Below are positions 51,470 through 64,000 of a DNA stretch of 64,000 bases, in pieces. Positions within the stretch are counted from its first letter, which is position 1; the number at the start of each line of letters is the position of its first letter. The DNA lies in contig NC_090358.1 in the NCBI RefSeq assembly GCF_035084215.1, forward strand, positions 6,386,001 to 6,450,000. The letters are read 5' to 3'. Below the pieces are notes generated by a model that saw only the letters and a program-made list of their open reading frames with translations, searched no databases and was not told where the DNA came from. The stretch comes from Heptranchias perlo. Taxonomy: Eukaryota. A program made the translations under genes and the position numbers.

Positions 51470-52498
51470 GCAGTCTGACATGTGCCGAGTACTCGCTTTC
51501 CCAGGATGCATCAGTACCATTTAATGGTTGAAATGCTGGAATATTTTTCTTCAGCTTCTAGCATTTTCTGCTCTCTTGGTTTTCAAACGTATTTGAAAAA
51601 AAGCCAGAGACAGTTATTTTTTCTATTCAGTTTGCTGTATATTGTGCAGTCTAAAGCTAATCTCCTTGCTGTCTGGAGCAATTTGAAGGGGAGCAGGTAC
51701 CTTGTACTTTAATAAGTGAGGCTTTTGAGCATAATGGCTCTCATGATTGCTGTTAATACAAGGCATGGTGCCAGAGTTGGCTATGGCCTCCTTATACTGT
51801 TCCTTCAGTTGCTTCATTTTAAATTGCTGATGGATACCAGCCAGGATAAATGTTAAGGTGCTCCATTTAAACAGCACACAGCAAGGGTGGCTAATGAAGT
51901 AAACATTAATATGCCTAGGGTTTATTCGCAGGACACAACCTGCCCTCAGGCCTTTGTTAGTGCCCCTCATAATCAGTTACAAGAGGTGTACAACAGTGAT
52001 CTGGTGTAACTGGCCTCCAGTTATCCCTTCTATCTTTGACTGCTTGTTGATTTATCTCACCTTTTCTTCTACTTTTATCAGCCATGATGGTATCTTGCGC
52101 TGTGGGCCTTGACCCTTCAGCTAGGCTAGTTTCTCAAAAAACATAAGCAAAATACGAGAATACCTGTGCTGAAAGGCTTGGTCTTTACCCTGTTACCCCT
52201 TCCCCCTGATGGTAAACTCTACACGTTATAAATAACTGTTGGTAGACAAACACTGGGGACAATCATCAGCTCCCCATTTCTTGCCTGAAAACTAGGTGAC
52301 CAGCAATTGAAAATCAGAGTGGGGGCACCTCAGTCGCCCCATTGATGCCCAAGGCTGTTTACAGCCCCGCCTGAAAATTGAATTACGCAGGCTGCTTGAA
52401 TATCCAAATCAGGGTCTTACACCTGATTGTAGGACCCTGATTGCAATTTTCAGGTACAATGAGTGAAGCGTGCGCCAGGCGAAGAAGAGGGTGAGGGG

Positions 52499-52961
52499 AA
52501 CAGTGAGCAGCAGACCTTTAAGAGCTACTGCCCCACCTGATTTTTGTACCTCCCGGCCTGATTCTGTGCTTCCCAGCCTCCCTGCCTGCGCATGAAACAC
52601 ATATGGAAATTCAAGGGAGTGACTTCCTTTGCAAAGTTAGGCAAGGCCGGCCCTTCCCACAGTCGGGACATGCGTGCTCGCACTGCAGATGAGCATAGCC
52701 TCAATTTTGCTGATCTTGCATAGCTGGGGCTCATATCCAAGCAAGGAGTGAGAGGCTTGAGGAGAGAAGAGGGTGAGGGGAAATTAGAGGGGAAAAAAAG
52801 AAACATCTCAAATGCAGAACCATGTTTAAGTGAAATCTTTATCCTTCTCCACTTTTACCCATCTCTCTTCCTGTCTCATGTCTCTTCCAACTTCTCAACG
52901 ACTGCCCTCTTTAGAAGTGTTAACACAGCCTCAATCCACCCCATGGCACTTGTGGAGATTT
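52499..52961. repeat. 463-bp direct repeat, copy 1
   Basis: Ungapped match to 54171-54633 (offset 1672) with scattered substitutions. Confidence 0.92.
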
Positions 52962-54170
52962 CTCACCAGGCGGTGAGCAGCCTAACCAGCGGTCCATAAA
53001 TGGTCCACAGGAGGCCGCTCCACTAAAGACCAATCAAGCTTGTAATGTGTTTTTGGTGGACGCGAAAATGTTTCTATATTCATCCCAGTTTTCCAGTTGG
53101 TACGTAACGAGTTACCATAGCCGCTATCATGGCAACGCACCCATGATTTTCCGTTACTTGCCAGAGGCAGAAAACTTAGAAAATCTACCCTACACTTTAA
53201 AACTTTACCATTTTAACCAACTATTAAGCAGCAGAGCCAATCAAAGCAGATGTCCGCTGGATCATCCAACACAACAAAAGCTTTCCCCATATGCATGATT
53301 TAGACTTGCAAAACTAGAATAAGCACATGAAGGAGAAAGGAATAGAAGGATATGCTGATAGGGTGAGATGAAGAGGGATGGGAGGAGGCTCATGTGAGGC
53401 ATAAATGCCGGCATAGACAAGTTGGGCCGAATGGCCTGTTTCTGTACTGTAGACTCTATGTAAAGAACAGGACTGAAATCCAAATCACCTGCAAGACAAA
53501 ACAGAAAAATATTTGTCTTTAGAAATGTACGGGGAGAAATTCTGAACAGTGAACGTCACATACGAACTTGATGCACTTGTACTCTATTCCTGTGTGGTAC
53601 TTTAAACAGGATAACGCCTGTGGAAAAATAGCATACACAGGAAAAAAGAACAAGAACATTGAGCATTTGAACATGAAGTCCACCCATCAGAATTTCTACT
53701 CAATAATGTTGACATTTATAATTTTTTTTCTACCTTAAATACTTATAACTATAAATCAGTAATTCTGATATAAATTGGTGAGTGCTAAAGTTTGAGAGTA
53801 TAATTATTATATCACTGTATCATGTTGGAGGAGCACCTTTGGACTTTTGAATATTTATAGTTATTGAAAACATAACAGGTGAACAATCTGAACCACATGT
53901 TACACCAGTACATAAATGAAGGCAGGACACATACGGGTAAAAATCTGGAATTGGTTGCCACTAAGGTTAATTTAAACCAGGGCACTGTACTCATTTAAGA
54001 AATACCTAGCTGCTGTGATTCGTAGGGTGGGTATCCTGTAGCGATGAGATCAAATGGGTCAAAGGGCCTTCTTCAACTGAATCTGCATTTTCGAACCGAA
54101 CAATAACACTCCTGACAGCAATAACACTCCTACAGCCAGGCTCATTTACAAAAACACTCCACTTCCCTTT

Positions 54171-54633
54171 AACAGTGAGCAGCAGACCTTTAAGAGCTAC
54201 TGCCCCACCTGATTTTTGTACCTCCCGGCCTGATTCTGTGCTTCCCAGACACTCTGCCTGCGCATGACAAACATATGGAAATTCAAGGGAGTGACTTCCT
54301 TTGCAAAGTTAGGCAAAGCCGGCCCTTCCCACAGTCGGGACATGCGTGCTCGCACCGCAGATGAGCATAGCCTCGATTCTGCTGCTCTTGCATAGCTGGG
54401 GCTCACATCCAAACATGGAGTGAGAGGCTTGAGGAGAGAAGAGGGAGAGGGGAAATTAGAGGGGAAAAAAAGAAACATCTCAAATGCAGTACCATGTTTA
54501 AGTGAAATCTTCATCCTTCTCCACTTTTACCCATCTCTCTTCCTGTCTCATGTCTCTTCCAACTTCTCAACGACTGCCCTCTTTAGAAGTGTTAACACAG
54601 CCTCAATCCACCCCATGGCACTTCTGGAGATTT
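54171..54633. repeat. 463-bp direct repeat, copy 2
   Basis: Partner of 52499-52961; ORF track shows near-identical peptides in both. Confidence 0.92.
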
Positions 54634-55330
54634 TACACGTTAAGGGAAAGAACTCCCACTTTCCCACTACTTTGTGTACGAGGATCAAAAGTTGGCAACT
54701 TCAGTCCCCAACGTGCTGCTTCAGCAGTTTTCCACCTCTGGGAACTCAGTAGTACTGACCTCAGCCTGATGCCATGGAACGAGCTGGAAGCTTTCTAAGC
54801 AAAATGCAGCTGGAACTCACAAGCGTGTGCTCACACTGAAAACAGGGAACTTTACCTCTCAGTTGCTACCAATCAAACGGAGAAGGATTCGCTATGCGAG
54901 AGAAGGCAAGCCTCATACTTAGTACTCACTTTAAGAATTTTTCACAGCTCCACCTCTGCAGAATAAGCCCACTTTCAGAGTCTCTAACAGAACAGGGAGG
55001 ATGGTTAAATGTGCTGGAATTAACCTAAACACAAGCTTAGGTGGAATTACTTAATGAATACCCACAAGAATCAAGGGTAAAATTAACATTTATTTTAAAC
55101 ACACACATTTATAAGAACACATAATATAACGTAGTGCACTCCTGTGGTGTTGCTCACTGTGAGTAGCAGGATATGGTTTGTGAGCAATATAGTGAGAGAC
55201 AGTAAATAAGTAGCTAAAGTGTTTTTTGATGGGTTTTTCTGATTTCCAGGAACCAAACAGATTTCTTTACGTTGCTGGCTCATTTAAACTGTGATGATAT
55301 ATATGAGACCATCAGGGCTATATTTTCTGA

Positions 55331-55748
55331 CAAAGTGCGTATTGACACCACTGTGTCAGCCAATGAGTTGGAGGTGGAGCAGGACTTATGGCAGGACTTA
55401 CAGAAAAGTCTATTTATTCAGCAAACAGAGTCTATTTAAACAGAGTCTCCTGCAGCAAATTGCAGCATTGCAGCAAACAGAACTCATAACCGAAACTACA
55501 GCAAAGTCTCCCGATAAAAGCAGGATTATTTCACCAGCAAAATGCAGTGAGTCGAGGATAGTTACATAATACAAAATTGATACTTTCTCCAGCAAAATGC
55601 AGTGAGTGGAGGATAGTTACAAAATACAAATTATGTGCGTAAAATCAATCCCAGTCAAGTACAGCAGTGCGGTTTCCAGGCTTGATGGGGGAATTACCCA
55701 ACCATCTCCATTCTGGCCGGGAATAGTGGTGTCACTGTATGCAGCCAT
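55331..55748 (+). repeat. ~400-bp inverted repeat, right arm (contains a ~55-bp internal tandem duplication)
   Basis: Partner of 50218-50622; CCAGCAAAATGCAGTGAGT...GAGGATAGTTACA occurs twice. Confidence 0.88.
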
Positions 55749-55759
55749 TTTCTGACTGG

Positions 55760-56358
55760 TTGGAGTACAAGAGTAAGGAAGTCTTACTATAATTGTACAG
55801 TGCTTTGGCGAGACATCGCCTGGAGTACCGCGTACAGTTTTGGTCTCCTTATCTAAGGAAGGATATACTTGCCTTAGAGGCGGTGCAACGGAGGTTCACT
55901 AGATTAATTCCTGGGATGAGAGGGTTGTCCTATGAGGAGAGGTTGAGTAGAATGGGCCTATACTCTCTGGAGTTTAGGAGAATGAGAGGTGATCTCACTG
56001 TAACATAAGATTCTGAGGGGGCTTGACAGGGTAGACGATGAGAGGTTTTTTCTCCTGACTGGAGAGTCTAGAACTAGAGGGCATGGTCGCACGATAAGGG
56101 GTCAGCAATTTAAGACTGAGATGAGGAGGAATTTCTTCACTCAGAGGGTTGTGAATCTTTGGAATTCTCTACTCCAGAGGACTGTGGATGCTGAGTCATT
56201 GAATATATTCCAGGCTGAGATAGATACGTTTTTGGACACTAAGGGAATCAAGGGATATGGGGATCGGGTAAGAAAGTGGAGTTGAGGTTGAAGATCAGCC
56301 ATGATCTGATTGAATGGCCATATGGCCTATTCCTGCTCTTATTTCTTATGTTCTTATG
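55760..56358 (+). mobile_element. CR1 3' fragment
   Basis: [28 protein letters not shown]; tail TTCTTATGTTCTTATG. Confidence 0.9.
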
Positions 56359-58994
56359 GTAAAGTTCACACCCAATCGAGTGGGGAGCCTCATTTGACAA
56401 GAGCATGGGTCAGAGAATCAAGGCTATGATGTTGTAACCCAATCTCAGAATCACATTCCCTTTGTGTGCAGGCTCCCCACTGGGATGGGGAGTCATCTCT
56501 TACATTCCACTGTGTTTTATTCTAAGCGGATATTAACCCATTCATTTCAAACAGGTATTGCTAACTCATAAAATTTACCCCAGGGTGTTAATTCTCTGCG
56601 TGGTCATTTCCTATTTTTTCCTCTTTACCGATATTCCTCTTTAATATGTCCAATGTGCCATGTTGGTTTTCAACTCATTACCTGGCAATACTTGAAAGGT
56701 AGTTTGCAGTGCTGTCTACGTTTATTTTTTAATTTGTCTTCCAGTTGTGTATAGTTTACATTTGTCCATTGTGTTGCTAAGCAGTTTATTTCCATTGGCT
56801 CTTTTTGGTAAATGGCCCATTTAGCCTCCCCCACCCTCCAACCTACCCAATTCTTATCCCCTAATCTTAGTCATCCAGCAACTAAGGTGGAGAAGGCTGG
56901 GGTAGATTTTCCTCTGTTCCAACCCTGCGGTGACTCTGTCCCATTTCCCTGTGTTGGGATCAATTAAGTATTCATGGCGGACTCCCAGCGCTTTTCAGTG
57001 GGAATCCGCTTCTGTGGGGAGGGAGATCTCGTCGTGCTGCAGTATATCACTCACTGCAGCAGCTGAAATAGGCTGGGTCAAATTTGAAGGGAGCAGGTGC
57101 CCCCATGAAGGGAGCAGTAGACCCCAAAATACGCCAGGTACAAATTTAAAACTGGCTCTGTGTAAGCCCAGCCACACATCATGGACAGTCGGAAGGGTGG
57201 GGAAGAAGCACGAGTGACCAAATTGCCTACTGTTCTTCCAGCTGTTTCGGGGGTGTTGATTGAGGAATAAATGTTGGCCAGGACACCGAAGAGAACTCCC
57301 CTGCTCTTGCCGTGGGATCTTTTACATCTACCTGAGAGAGTAGATGGGGCCTCAAACAGAAAGAGAGAGAACATTTTAAAAAATATATAAAAATGAATAA
57401 AAAAAACTTCTCACTCCACTCATCTTCCAGCAGAAAAAAATGCATTAGTAAAAGAACTGAAAACTCTCCCATAGAAAAGCACTTCGCAGACCACATACCA
57501 ATTTAATGCAATAGCACACAGCAGGGAGTCTGTAAAATTACGATGAGGCTTAGGTACAGGTCCCCTTTCCATTGTAGTCTAAAAGCAGGTTCCTACAGCC
57601 TGACACCTCAATTCCCAATATAATGCTGGTCACCTGCACAGACCCCACTGCAACCATACGTCTGAATTTTTTTTACTCCTCGTCTGTGCGACAAATGTAC
57701 ACACTTTTAAAAATAAAAATAACTTTAAAAGTACTTATGTTTTACAAAGTTTTACCTCACAAATAGTAGGTTACTAGGCTACCGGTGTGATAAAATATTT
57801 ATTATACAGGGCTTGGCATTAACAGATGCCCACTCAGTGGTGTTAATGAGTACTTGCAGCACCTAAGGCATTTGCCAAAAAGCAGCATTGTTTTTAGCCT
57901 TTCACCTGCTATTCTTCACTTTTTTCTACCCAATGTCAGCATTAGGAACATCCTGGTCAGATTAGATGCAGTGTAAAGTTCCCTCTATTCAAACCAAACA
58001 CTAACTTCAGAAAAGTGCCTCCAACACACATTTTTCCCTTTCCCCCCATCTGCCATCATTGTGGCCCTCATCACAAAGCTACCAATTTAATGCCAATTTA
58101 TGCATCAATTCTAGAATGCTCATTTTTTCTGAGTGGATAGTAGCATCTAATTTTCACTGTTCCTCTCCTCTCTACAGCTTCGCCAGGCAATGCACTTCCA
58201 ACAGAGAGCAGACGGCCAACCTGCTCTCAAATATCCACCAGTGCCACTAGGAGGAGCACAAGAGAGGAGTAGTAAAGAAAGCTATAATCACTGGCCATGC
58301 GAGACCTATAAATCCAATGAATGAATTCTATCAATTCTGTATGTTCTATAGGAGATAATAGTAATATTATTGCAATTCTGTTTTTTGGTTACCACTTTTT
58401 TTACATCTCAGCCAAATTAACGATTTTAATAGATGGAAAGTTGTGGGGATTGTGCACGATTTTCCAATGTGCCCTCCCCCTGGACAAGGCTCTGCGCTGG
58501 GAACGCACATTTATAAAATCCGCCCTCTTCTTTCTTGTGACTGCCCTAAGTTGTAAGACAAATACTGAACAATCGCTCTCTGCTAAAGGGGCTGCCAATA
58601 AAATTATTATGGTGCTTCTCACTGACAATGAGAGCCCATAGAATTTAGAGTATTAAAAAAAAGTCCATAAACAAATATATAAAATGTATACATTTTCTGT
58701 AAATAAAAAAACATTAAACTTGTAATATATTTCAAGAAAACAATGTGATAGTGAATGGTTTCTAACTAAAACTGATATTAGTATAAAAATGCTCTATTTT
58801 AATACAAGATATCTGCTAAGATCCAATCCTGCTCAATGCAGAGGGTCCATGGCACCCAGAGGTGCAGCAAGTTTTCTTAGCACATACTTTACTGAGCAAT
58901 TCATTAAATTCTAATAACTATATTTAGCCTCAATGATACTGGGATCCATTTGTTATTAAAACGGGAAATCAAGGAATGGTACATACTCCTGCCT

Positions 58995-59445
58995 GGGCCC
59001 CGGTAGTAGGTAAATATGAAAATAACATGGTTCATTGAAACTAGGTAAAAGGAGGACCCACCTTCAACCTCCAGTCTATGCTGAGTTAACTGGACTTATT
59101 CAGGGCGGTGGCGGGTTTGCTATCACTGTCCTCAGCAGCCCTGTGCAAAGGGAAAGAAAAAATCAGCTAGAGTTGCCAGTTCCGATTGCTATGCAGTGAC
59201 TCTTGGGTGTGTGCATGTCAGTTGAGGATAGGATCGGGCTCAAATCTGATGCCCTTTATGGTTGAAGAGCCTGCTGTCTCTGACCGCCTGGGCTGGTACA
59301 TGAAGAAAAGCAAATTGGACAAGGTATGCATACAAGGATGGCTGGTGTCCATCCATGGAATTGTGGTCTAGCATGAATCAGGTAGAGCAGCTTTGTTATA
59401 ATTTATACCTCCAGCTCCTTCAGGAGAGGAGATGATAAATTGGAA
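58995..59445 (+). mobile_element. LF-SINE-like element, near full length
   Basis: TGCTGAGTTAACTG, AAAAATCAGCTAG, GAGGATAGGATCGGGCTC, CATGAAGAA blocks in LF-SINE order; related pieces at ~2700-2930, 12490-12670, 31180-31400, 33700-33970, 48385-48600. Confidence 0.65.
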
Positions 59446-60019
59446 GGTGGGTGGGAGGGGGGGAATAAAATAAGGGAAAAGATTTGGTAAAATTTAGAGG
59501 TTGGTGGGCTGGTAAGGGAAATGAATCAGAAGCAGTAAGGTTTCCATACCCTCCCAAACACTCTTCCTCTCCCAACTCCATCCTAATACCCAACCTCTCT
59601 TTTTTTGCCCTTCTTTAGGTGCTAGACCTTGCATGTGGTTCTTGTGCTTAGTTTGCACATACCACCAACGGGTGTGATATTCACACTTGTCGTTTGTCAC
59701 GGCGTTCAGGTCGCTTTGAACGAGAAGGGGAAAATTCAAGAGGGGTAAAAAAGTTCAATGAAATTAAAAAGGTAAAAGTAGTCAGTGAAGTTGCCAAAAA
59801 TATAAAAGGTAGGAATTGGTGAGGCTGTCTTTAAGTAGAATCATAGAGCACAGGAGGCCATTTGACCCATTGTAAATGCACAGATTGAGGTAAATGTTCT
59901 TAATTTAAAGATAAATAAAATAAGGAGGTTGCAAGCAGCATGCATTGAGTAGATGCTGGAGAATAACAGGCAAACACAACCCCATCCCATCCCGAAACAC
60001 GCTCTCACCTGATCGGGAA

Positions 60020-60490
60020 AAGATTTACTGGAATGGTTCCAGGGACTGGAGAAGCTGGGGTTGTTCTCCTTGGAACAGAGAAGGTTGAGAGGAGATTTGA
60101 CAGAGGTATTCAAAATCATGAAGGGTCGAGACAGAGTAGATGGAGAGAAACTCTTCCCATTGGTGGAAGGGTCAAGAACCAGAGGACATAGATTTGAGGT
60201 GATTGGCAAAAGAACCAAAGGCGACATGAGGAAAAACCTTTTCACACAGCGCGTGGTTAGCATCTGGAACGCGCTGCCGGCGGCGGGGGGGGGGGGGGGG
60301 GGGGGGTTGGTGGAGGCAGATTCAATGGTGGCTTTCAAAAGGGAACTGGATAAATATTTGAAAGAAAAACATTTTCAGGACTACAGGGATAGAGTGGGTG
60401 GGTGGGACTAGGGGGATTGCTCTTGCATGGGAGCTGGCATGGACTCGACGGGCCGAATGGCCTCCTCCCGTGCTTGTAACCATTCTATGA
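60020..60490 (+). mobile_element. CR1 3' fragment with an internal poly-G expansion
   Basis: ORF 60061..60411 RRLRGDLTEVFKIMKG...TRGHRF; G-run ~60285-60306; CATTCTATGA tail. Confidence 0.9.
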
Positions 60491-60539
60491 CCCCCCCCAC
60501 CCCCCCACTCCCCCCCCCCTCCACTCCCCCTCCACCCTC

Positions 60540-60752
60540 TGCAGACCGCAGATGGGTTGCGGCGGTGGCCACAGGTGTGAAGTTCGGACCTGGCGCTCCC
60601 GGCGGGGGCGGCGCACAGGCGCCAGCGAGAGGTGTGGGTGCGGGTGCGGGTGACGCCCGCCCGCTCTCCGATTGTGACACTCGCACAACGTGAAAAAAAA
60701 AGCACCAAGACAACGCGTGCAAAGAACAGAGTGAAAGAGGGGGAAAGACGCC
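60540..60752 (+). promoter_or_regulatory. Small CpG island / candidate promoter
   Basis: Dense CpG and GC boxes (GGGGGCGG, GCCCGCCC) directly upstream of a Kozak-context ATG and a splice donor. Confidence 0.55.
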
Positions 60753-60819
60753 ATGTGCTGCTGGAAGCCAGGCACAATATCACTTTGCTTCCTATCCCTC
60801 TATGCAGTTACACTTGCAG
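60753..60819 (+). CDS. Candidate first coding exon encoding a signal peptide (MCCWKPGTISLCFLSLYAVTLA-G), unidentified gene
   Basis: GACGCC-ATG context, 22 codons + 1 nt, strong donor CAG|GTAGGT (phase 1); basic n-region, hydrophobic core, small residues at the end. Confidence 0.5.
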
Positions 60820-61479
60820 GTAGGTGACCTGATTCGATTTGCCTTAAGTCTTGTCTTGTTTTTTTTTTCTCTAAACCTGGATGGAGCTGATTAAACTGTG
60901 CAGATCGTGTTTACATCTAAGGGTAAATTCACCCACCCTGCTCCCGGCGGGGAGCACTGGTTGGAGCTCGGGCTGCAACCCTGTAGGGCTGGTTCTCCCA
61001 CCTGCACTTCAAACCCTGTGGATTTACTCATTAAACACGGACATTATTTTACATTTTAATGATTTGTCTTGACCACAAAAGAAAAAAACCACAGGCATGT
61101 TGGTCCCATAGTGCCTGTGAATGAATGTTGAGGTGACCGGTCACCTTTAGCCATTCATCTCTTGTCATTCTTACCCCCTACCGGGGCCCCATACCCTCTG
61201 ATCTCCAGTAAATCTCCTGCATTCTCCCATTGATAAACTTGCCTCCTGAGATCTCAGTTTCCTTTTGTTTTGTGCCAGATATTTTTACCACTCAACAACT
61301 GTCTATAAAGCCCAAATCCATCTGAAACTTGAATACAGCTTCCATAATGGGATGACTCTTCCAGCATTTGTCTCGCACTGTTGGCTGGCATACAAGGGAA
61401 AGCTTCTTGGTCTAATAGATGCTCCCTCTCTCATCTCAAGTCTCCAGCCTTGCTTTTTATCTCTGTTGCAGCTTTTCTT

Positions 61480-61602
61480 CACCAAGTTATAGTCCAACAA
61501 TTTTGGACTATTGTTTGGACGATAAAATTGTTGGACTATAACTTGGTGTTGTAAAATTGTTTACAATTGTCAACCCCAGTCCATCACTGGCATCTCCACA
61601 TC
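61480..61602. mobile_element. Second Penelope-like hairpin remnant of the same family
   Basis: 25-bp arms 61480-61504 and 61524-61548; same tail; 12-bp TSD GCAGCTTTTCTT (61468-61479, 61603-61614). Confidence 0.75.
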
Positions 61603-61759
61603 GCAGCTTTTCTTGACACTCTATTTTATCGATATTGATTTGGTCATTGTTCCTTTGAACCCTTGCTACCCCTAAGCTCCAAATAGGTCCCCTACGTGCT
61701 CACATTATAAAATTTCTATGTTATATCTTTTCATTCAAATTTTAGCTAGCCAACAACTA

Positions 61760-62405
61760 TAGCAACAGCATTTATATAGTGCCTGTAAAGTAGAAAAACA
61801 TCCCAAGGCGCTTCACAGAATCCTAATCAGACAAAAATCAATACCGAGCCAGGACATATTAGGAGGGGTGGCTGAAAGCTTCATCAGAGGGATGGGATTT
61901 AAGGAGGAGAGGGAGGCAGAGAGGTGTAAAGATTTAGCGAGGAAATTCCAGAGCTTAGGGCCTGGATGGCAGAAGACACGGTCGCCAATGGTGGGCCTAA
62001 GGGATTTTGGGATGCACTAGAGGCCAGAGTTGGAGGATTGCAGAGTTCTTGGAGGGTTGTAGGGCTGGAGAAGGTTATAGAGGTAGGGAGGGGCGAAGCC
62101 ACGAAGGAATTTGAACACGAGGATGAGAATGTTAAAGTTGGGGGACTAAAGCCAATCTAGGCCAGTGAGGATAGGGGTGGGACTTGGTGTGGAATAGGAT
62201 ACAGGCAGCAGAGTTTTGGATGAGCTGAAGTTGATAGAGGGTGGAGGATGGGAGGCCATCCAGGAGAGCATTGGAATAGTCAACTCTGGAGGTGACGAGG
62301 TGCATGGATGAGGGTTTTGGCAGCAGATGGGCTGAGGCAGGAGCAGAGATGAGCGATGTTATAAAGGTGAAAGTAGGCAATCTTTGTGATGGAAAGGATA
62401 TGGGT
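61760..62405 (-). mobile_element. L2-clade LINE 3' fragment
   Basis: ORF 62132..62419 VTSRVDYSNALLDGLP...LQLIQNSAA. Confidence 0.85.
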
Positions 62406-62479
62406 GAACTGTTATTCAATTGAGTGGTGCCAAACTAAAGGTGCTGCATTGTCTTTTTGAACCTGGCTTCATTGACTGT

Positions 62480-62810
62480 TATAATGTGGTGAAACGCAGC
62501 AGCCAATTTGTGCACAGCAGGGCTCCATAAACAGCAATGAGATAATGACTGGATAATTTGTTTTAGTAATGTTGGTTAATGGATAAATATTGGCCAGGAC
62601 ACTGGGGAGAACTCCCCTGCTCTTCTTCAAATTGTGCCACCTGAGAAGGATGACGGGGCCTCAGTTTAATATCTCATCTGAAAAACAGCACCTCCAACAG
62701 TGCAGCACTCCTTCAGTACTGTACTTAAGTATCAGCCTAGATTATGTGCTCAAGTCTTCAAGTGGGATTTGAACCCACAATCTTCTGATTTAGAGGCGAG
62801 GGTTCTACCA
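62480..62810 (-). mobile_element. Deu-domain SINE
   Basis: Same body; GGGATTTGAACCC box. Confidence 0.72.
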
Positions 62811-64000
62811 GTACCACATTGGACAGTAGGTTAACCTGCTAAGGCATAATGGAACTCTCTCCCCCAATGTTTGCTCTCTAGCTGCACTGAGTGTCTTCTG
62901 CTAACATTGCCAAAATTGGAAGCTGGTGTGGGAAATTACAGACACAAGTAAGCCTGCATCCAGCCAATCCTTCATGATATGCATTTAAGTGTTTCACCAG
63001 TATGCTGTCTTCATTTGAAAACTTTGGACCAAAATTTTCCAACCTCAATATTAGGCATCGATTTTATTCAAAATGCTCTCTTCTACCATACATGTACAAT
63101 CTGCAAAATCATTAATTGCAGTCATTTTATCCAGTCATTTTTATCATACATTAATCTGTTGCAGGTTACAAATGTAGAACATCAAGTTTGAGTAATGATA
63201 TAACATATTTTTTGTGAATTTGGGTTGAAAAGTTCAGCATTTATACTAGCAAATTTCTCATGAAACTGCCCAGGGTCCAGAGCTGGGAGCGCATTTGTGA
63301 TGTTTAGTTGCCAATCTGGCCTGTCCTATTAAGTCCACTGCTCTAAATAGGCAAACCAGCAGGTAATTAATTATAGGTATTTAAAAACTGCGATCAATTA
63401 GAGGGCATTTGTTAACTGCTTGTAAATTTTAGGCTGCAGGGCAATGACCGTTGGTGTGTGTGACACACAAACACTAGATGCAAACTTTATAACATATATA
63501 ATGTATATAGATTTAATATATAAAAATCATTCTGATACAAAAACATTATGGATTGTTTATTAGTGAATCCAATTAAAACCAAGAGTCATGTGCAATTTGA
63601 AGCATAAATTATAAAGAATTCCTAGTTGCTTTAATATTTCTCATTTATTCCAATGCGATGAACTACAGCTAATGTTACAGAGCTCAAAGCAAGTATGGAT
63701 TAATGAAGAACTGTATTCATCTGAATTGCCACATAATGCTAAATGGTGTAAAGGGGAAGATGTCAAAGCACTTATTGGCATCTGCGAGTCCTTCCTTGTT
63801 CCTAAATTTTACTCTTTAAAACTGCTTGCCATTGACAGCTTGTAATGAGACATTTTGAACAGGAATGTAGTTCTGTTTATGCAGCTGCTAAATATCGCAG
63901 AACTACGGCAACATACTTAAATCCCTCTGTTAGCGCTGATTCTACTGCCCTTTCAAGGTCTGAACACTTGAAGAAGCACACAAGAGTTGAACTCCTATTC

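Noticed and set aside
52499-54633. Direct repeats as an LTR pair of a retroelement
   Set aside because: No TG...CA termini, TSD, primer-binding site or gag/pol relics

Overview
Eukaryotic, repeat-rich vertebrate DNA; the repeat families (CR1 with ATTCTATG tails, Deu-, V-, LF- and AmnSINE2-like SINEs, Penelope-like hairpins) point to a cartilaginous fish (inference). It holds one complete 7-exon gene on the minus strand, ANP32A (CDS 41941->12223, 798 nt, 265 aa, all introns GT-AG), with a ~20.6 kb first intron carrying a young 5'-truncated CR1 whose remaining ORF2 is uninterrupted. Upstream are a CpG-rich promoter and a second promoter-like block with three PBX/PREP-CCAAT modules spaced exactly 40 bp apart. 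A candidate signal-peptide first exon of an unidentified + strand gene lies at 60753-60819. The least explained structure is a diverged, exon-like module present in about four copies, in opposite orientation on either side of ANP32A. The right-hand copies sit in a ~5.5 kb block bounded by ~400-bp inverted repeats that also contains a solo LTR and a 463-bp direct duplication. No rRNA, tRNA gene or CRISPR array was seen. Repeat family names come from recalled consensus sequences, and all alignments were made by eye.
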